NCBI GenBank assembly: GCA_951406725.2 | Contig: OX597816.1 | Coordinates: forward strand, 140,244,001 to 140,308,000 | Source of the DNA: Octopus vulgaris | Lineage: Eukaryota | Direction of reading: 5' to 3' | DNA: 64,000 nucleotides | Shown here: positions 57,601-64,000 of the stretch, piece by piece | Layout: the number at the start of each line of letters is the position of its first letter | Position numbering within the stretch: the stretch's first letter is position 1 | Position numbers and translations under genes: made by a program | The notes under the pieces: model-generated | What the model saw: only the letters and a program-made list of their open reading frames with translations | Told to the model about the DNA's origin: nothing | Databases searched by the model: none

Positions 57601-57965
57601 AACTGGGCGCCACTGCGTGGTGCCTTGGACTCCAAACTTGCCATCAAGATGTAGGACAAGATTCTGTGATAGCCTGGGCTTCCGAGGCCCACAGCTCTTC
57701 AATATCCTCCCGAAGAACCTAAGAGACCTGCATGGGGTAGATGCAGATGTCTTTAAAATGAAGCTGGATCTCTTCCTGTCAGGTGTCCCAGATGAACCAA
57801 CTTCCCGGCAGGAGGTGCAGATGAGGGCAGCTGCATCGAACTCTCTCATGCACCAAATGGCAGTTGCTCAAAAGCTTTCGTGAAGTAAAACCAAGTAGCA
57901 ACACCAAATGGCGGTGCCCCAGCATGGCCACAGCTCATAAGCTGAAACTAGAATCAATCAATCAA
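54620..57965 (+). mobile_element. CR1/L2-group LINE, near-complete ORF2 (APE + RT) with about three frameshifts, inserted in (TA)n
   Basis: LNIRGL..LTETHL, GGVAMY, YRPP, GDFN, LDL and SDH; RT ORF 56306-57883 with YRPISLTS, YLDFAKAFD, GVPQGTVLGPLLF, YADD; (AATC)n tail at ~57952. Confidence 0.93.
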
Positions 57966-57977
57966 TCACTCAATCAT

Positions 57978-58051
<74 letters not shown>

Positions 58052-58052
58052 A

Positions 58053-58083
<31 letters not shown>

Positions 58084-58808
58084 TGCTTAATTTTACACAT
58101 TTTTTACACATTTTTCAGTATTTTGCCTTTAGCTTTTTTTTGTGTGCATGTGCTTATATAGACGTGTGCATGAACCCTTTTTGTGCGTGTGTGTGCGGGC
58201 GCGCATGTGTAGGTATGGACATACGCGCTTACGCGAATACAATGAACATTTTTACCCCTTACCTTTACTCCCTCCCCTCACTTAGCGGTCATTCTATTAG
58301 CTCTTTTGTCTTAATAACGGTCAATCACACAGTAATTTCCCTTTGTTTAACGGTAATTTTCATAGCATTTTTTCGATGGCCGGATAACTGAAGAAATGGC
58401 GGCGTGACTTTCCGCCCCGACATCCGAAACGGAATTTTATCATGGCTACCGAATAATTGTCACATATTATATTTACAGATAAATTCCTCTATTTACATAA
58501 TATCGAGGTATCTTTCATTCTTTTGTTGTCTTACCATTTCTATCAATATATATATATACATATATATATATAATCAAAATAAGCAACAAGGATATCCAGA
58601 GGTAATGCAGTACGATCGTTTCATGCGACTCCATTTAATTGAGCAATGCGAATATTACATCAATTTTTTAATGTAGAGCAATCTTCAGTTGGATAAAGAT
58701 ATAGAATTTAGTTAAATTCGAAGGATTCATTTGTATAGTTTTCTTATTATCCACAATCACAAAGATAAGTAGATAGACAAAGAACATGTTTCATCAACAA
58801 CATCATAG

Positions 58809-59217
58809 GCGCAGGAGTGGCTGTGTGGTAAGTAGCTTGCTAACCAACCACATGGTTCCGGGTTCAGTCCCACTGCGTGGCATGTTGGGCAAGTGTCTTC
58901 TGCTATAGCCCCGGGCCGACCAATGCCTTGTGAGTGGATTTGGTAGACGGAAACTGAAAGAAGCCTGTCGTATATATGTATATATATATATATGTATGTG
59001 TGTGTGTTTGTGTGTCTGTTTGTCCCCCTAGCATTGCTTGACAACCGATGCTGGTGTGTTTACGTCCCCGTCACTTAGCGGTTCGGCAAAAAGAGACCGA
59101 TAGAATAAGTACTGAGCTTACAAAAAGAATAAGTCCCGGGGTCGAGTTGCTCGACTAAAGGCGGTGCTCCAGCATGGCCGCAGTCAAATGACTGAAACAA
59201 GTAAAAGAGTAAAGAGT
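58809..59217 (+). mobile_element. SINE family 3, full length, inserted into right arm
   Basis: tRNA-like head; ATAG duplicated at 58805-58808 and 59218-59221; empty site in the left arm near 53390. Confidence 0.92.
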
Positions 59218-60045
59218 ATAGTTCTAACTGATATTTTTTCACAAGAAGACACTACTTATCATTGATTTTATTTTGTTATTCTGATTTACTAAGAGGGGGG
59301 TGGGGGTTTATTCTAAGTTATAGACTTGTTCATCAAGTCTAATAGAAAACTAGAATCTAACTTTTATGAATAGTGTAAAAGGTCAATTTAAGTGGCAGAG
59401 TCATAAATCAAGATTTCGTTGAAGTAAAATTTGCCGGAAGAGTAGAACTTATAATACTTAACTATTTTACAACCATAAACCCAGTGTTATTTTTATATAC
59501 ATAGGAACGTTTTAGAGAATTTTCACACAGACACACACACGCACACAAAAGTAAGTTTAGAATAATTTCATTATTTTACACAATAGAGAAATGGAGAATA
59601 GAGAAATTATTCAATATTTATATATTTCTATACAAACTTAACATAAATTTAAAGTTAATTATTAAATAGTAATTTTTGGTATTAATAAGTTAAATTAAAT
59701 ATGTTAAATTTTTTTTTTTCTTATATCCTTAAATCCTTAAAAATGTTTTAGCCCGTAGGCCGCGGCCAATAATTTTAGAGCATATTTCTTGTGTTATAAA
59801 ATTAGAAGGTTTGGAGATGATGTACAGGTATTATATATTAGAAGAAATAAGGTACTCAGAAATCTGGATGGTTTTATATTTACAGATATCTATTAATATG
59901 TCACATGTTTTCATAAATCATATATTAGCGCTTACGTCCACTTTAGTGGAGTCTTCAGATATATGATTTATAAAAACATGTGACATATTAATAAATATCT
60001 GTAAATACAAAACCATCCAGATTTCTGAGTACCTTATTTCTTCTA

Positions 60046-60098
<53 letters not shown>

Positions 60099-60101
<3 letters not shown>

Positions 60102-61022
60102 GGTGTCCATAAAGTCTCTTTACAATTTAACAAAATTATTACAAAGACAGTTGATGAGATATTTTAACCAGATTTGTTTTATTTTAATAATTGCTTATTA
60201 AAGTTTTTATTGGTATTACATTTTTGTGTTTCAGATACTCTGTTGATGGAAGGGAACTGATTCACTGAACCCCTATAAAATGAGGATGAAACATTCCTCA
60301 AACGAGTTTGCTTTAGTGACGAGGCGACTTTTCATGTTTCAGGGAAATTAAACAGACACAATGTGAGAATCTGGGGATCAGAACACCCCCATGTGACTAG
60401 GGAGCTTCAACGGGATAGTCCAAAAGTGAATGTGTGGTGTGGAATCATATGCAATCGAATAATTGGTCCATTTTTCTTCAACAAGGCAACAAGTACTGCA
60501 GATGTTTACCTCGACCTTCTGACCGAATATTTGGCACCACAACTGATTGATTTACAACCAACCATCATTTTCCAGCAAGATGGTGCACAACCACATTGGG
60601 GACGGCATGTTCATCAGTTCCTTAATCAAACATTTCCAGAGCGATGAATTGTAAGGGATGGGCCAATTCCATGGCCACCACGTTCGCCAGATATCACTAC
60701 CTTGGACTTCTTTTTATGGGGTTATGTAAAAGATATCGTGTATCAAACAAAGATACGGGACATTGCTGACTTGAAGCAAAGGATTCGTAATGTCATTACC
60801 ACCGTTGATGAGGCTATCCTACAGGGAACATAGCAAGAAATCGAGTATCGTCTGGATGTGCTTCGCGCAATTAATGGTGCCCATATTGAGGTCTATTAAA
60901 TAACAGTTAAAAAAAACTTTAATAAACAATTTTTACAATAAAACAAATCTGGTTAAGATATCTTGTCAACTGCCTTTGTAATAAAATTTTAGAATTGTAA
61001 AGAGACTTTATGGGATCCCCTG
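60099..61022 (+). mobile_element. DD41D (rosa-like) element, right-arm copy
   Basis: TIRs CAGGGTGTCCATAAAGTCTC.../...GAGACTTTATGGGATCCCCTG; 41 codons between the QQD and LDFF aspartates (including one in-frame stop). Confidence 0.9.
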
Positions 61023-61630
<608 letters not shown>

Positions 61631-62829
61631 AGACATAATATGAGCTAAATTTACATGTTTAATACAATACAGCATATATATATATATATTGTTCGCACAG
61701 AAAAGATAGGGAGAGTTGCTAAATTTGCTTGTTCAATGCATGTTACACAATACTTCTTCACTGTCATAGTATTCCACATTTTGAAACATTTGGCGTTTAT
61801 TTTATATTATGTCCAGACATGTGGGTTGGGAGAGTTGCTGAAGAGGTCACAGTTATGCGATGAAAGATTTCCAGGCAGTGGACATAAGATAAAATAGGAG
61901 CAATGATAAACGAGCGAAGAACAAACATATAGTGCGTGTGTTTATTTGGGAAGAAAAAAATGACCGTCCCGATATGTAACAATATATATATTTTTTTTCA
62001 GGATTAAGAGAGTTCGAATTGGAGTGCATCAACATGATTGTTTTTGTTTTTTAGTGTTTTCCACAATTTTTGAAATTTATGTCTTATGAACTCTGTCATT
62101 ACAAATTAAAACAAAATGACATTTAATTTATATTCGTCGAACTTTCAGAATAGCCGTCTTACATAAATAGAAATTTCTCGTTTTCTATTTGGCGTGCGGT
62201 ACCGAGTTTTTTCCACATCTTATCGTATCCCACATTTCAAAATACTTGCGGGGGCGGACTTTCTTTAAAACTTTTTAATCTATGGATTTTTAAATGTTAC
62301 CCGTCCCCTCATCGCAATTTGGAACACAAGCAACCACCCTTTTTTTTCTTTTTCACTTTTCATCATGTAGTATTCCATATCATGAAACACTTATAATCCG
62401 TATGTTACAGATTAAATTTTGGTATCATACATAAATCGGATTTCTTTTCTTTTTTTTTTTGTGGAGGGTGCGAGATTTTAATCGTGAAAATTAAAATGAA
62501 GAAGTGGTTATATGAATTTTTTTCACTAAAACTGTGCATTACAAATGTTTCAAAATGTGGAATACTATAACAGTGATGATGTATTGTGCAACATACATTG
62601 AACAAGCAAATTTAACTTACAGTCAGTTGAGTCTCTTTTACCAAACAATAAAGTATTTTTCTTGTTTATATGTTTGCTTCGTCAAAGATTAATGTTTGGT
62701 CCGCTCTATTATTGACAACTATAAGACTATAACTAGAAACAGATACAAAAGAAGAGTCAGTAATTCGTGTTTGAGCAATAGATGGTACACCATCGACAGT
62801 AGATTGTCATCGCGGCTTCAACAGTTTAT

Positions 62830-63650
62830 TGAAAATTTACACTTAGAGTGTTTACAGCGCACTCTATAATCCACATGCAAAATCTGGTTGCAAATAAATG
62901 AAGTGGTGATTGCTTGCTTTTTGTTTCATGCTCTTGCTTGATGTCGCTGGTATCATTCCAAGTTATTGGTCCAGAGGCTTCAGCGTACGTAGAGCCGATC
63001 AGGCCACCTGTTCTGTGCCATCCCCTCTGCATCTTCCAAGCTGATGTCGAGCCTCTGGATGTCTTCCTTAATTACGTTCAGCTATTTGGATGTGGGAGGG
63101 AAGCGCCCACAGGGCCTGCCACGGGCCTCTTCCTGTCCGCAGCTGCTGCATCAAACGAGAGTAAGGCTCTGGTAGGAGGATCTGGCAGGAGGTAGAGGAT
63201 ATGTCCGTACCAGCCGTGGATAGCTATGAGGTGAGAGGCTGCGGGCCGATGCGTGCGCAGTTGTTTGTTGGGAACATGATGGTACCATCTGATGTTCTCG
63301 ATGGTTCACAGGGTTCTGTTATCAAAGCCGTCGTTCCTCTTCGCCAGGATGTTCGTGAGAAAAAAACTTGATCCAATGGCTCAATCGTTTCATCAACCAT
63401 GTATGGGGTTAGAGGGGCTTCAAGTGACTAGACCTGGAGTGTCATCCTCCCCTTCTGGAAACGGAAGGGCGACAAACTCATCTGCAGAAACCACAGGGGC
63501 ATCACCCTCTTCTACATCCCGGAAAAGCTCTTCACAGGGATTATCTTCGGCCGTGCTCTTCCAGCCACTAGAAGCAGGCGCTGCCCACGACAAGCTGGGT
63601 TCATACCAAATCGATCTACTGCCATCATATTTTTGCCTTTCGTCTCATTA
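62830..63650. mobile_element. RTE-like LINE fragments (3' part on minus strand, RT part on plus strand)
   Basis: Plus ~63410-63650: LWKRKGDKLICRNHRGITL..PGK; minus ~62830-63330: WYGHI-type C-terminal motif. Confidence 0.55.
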
Positions 63651-63654
63651 TTGA

Positions 63655-64000
63655 AATTAAGTGAGCACTGTTATCACAGCAGTAAATAAAATAAAGATAC
63701 ATGCTCGCAATTCCTCGCTGTTTCAACACCTCTCTACTGGGAATGATGAAGATTATGAATGTTCGTTGCACATAGAAGTTCGATGGCTGTCAAAGGGAAA
63801 CTGCCAGAAAGCTTCTATTCCCTTTTTAAAACAGTTGTTGAATTATTGCAAGACTCTTGTTCCGTTCTTTGTGATGGACCAAGAAACATAAAGTATGGCA
63901 TTGCTTATATGGCGCATATATTCACAAAGTTCAGTGAAGTTCATTTGCAACCTCAAGGAAATTATGTTAAACATCAGCAAAGTAGAACCAATCCGCCCCA
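63655..64000 (+). mobile_element. hAT (Buster/Charlie-like) transposase fragment
   Basis: VNKIK...NSSLFQHL...HIEVRWLSKGNC matches the HTEVRWLS(R/K)G signature; later ..LQG. Confidence 0.82.

Overview
AT-rich, microsatellite-dense animal genomic DNA; the SINE/LINE repertoire suggests an octopod cephalopod (inference). One host gene is supported: a + strand tyrosinase-family (type-3 copper) gene with exons at <1-92, 5156-5268, 7100-8702 and 10290-10477. It has CuA and CuB motifs, a Cys-rich region and a Thr/Pro linker. A C-terminal chitin-binding-like Cys domain is in frame only if an apparent 1-nt deletion near 8594 is corrected. The rest is mostly mobile DNA: RTE, R4/Dong-like, Tx1/L1-like, CR1/L2-like and Penelope-like retroelements, three tRNA-derived SINE families, mariner, DD41D and hAT remnants, and MITEs. 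Most unusual: (1) a ~354-nt non-coding, highly foldable unit inserted as tandem plus inverted copies with a 12-bp target duplication at 39.3-40.1 kb, with a divergent, structurally covarying relative at 51.1-51.5 kb; (2) a ~2.6-kb-arm inverted duplication enclosing a near-complete LINE (51.5-61.0 kb); (3) several degenerate Penelope-type hammerhead motifs. All calls are by eye; element boundaries are approximate unless TIRs, TSDs or splice sites are cited.
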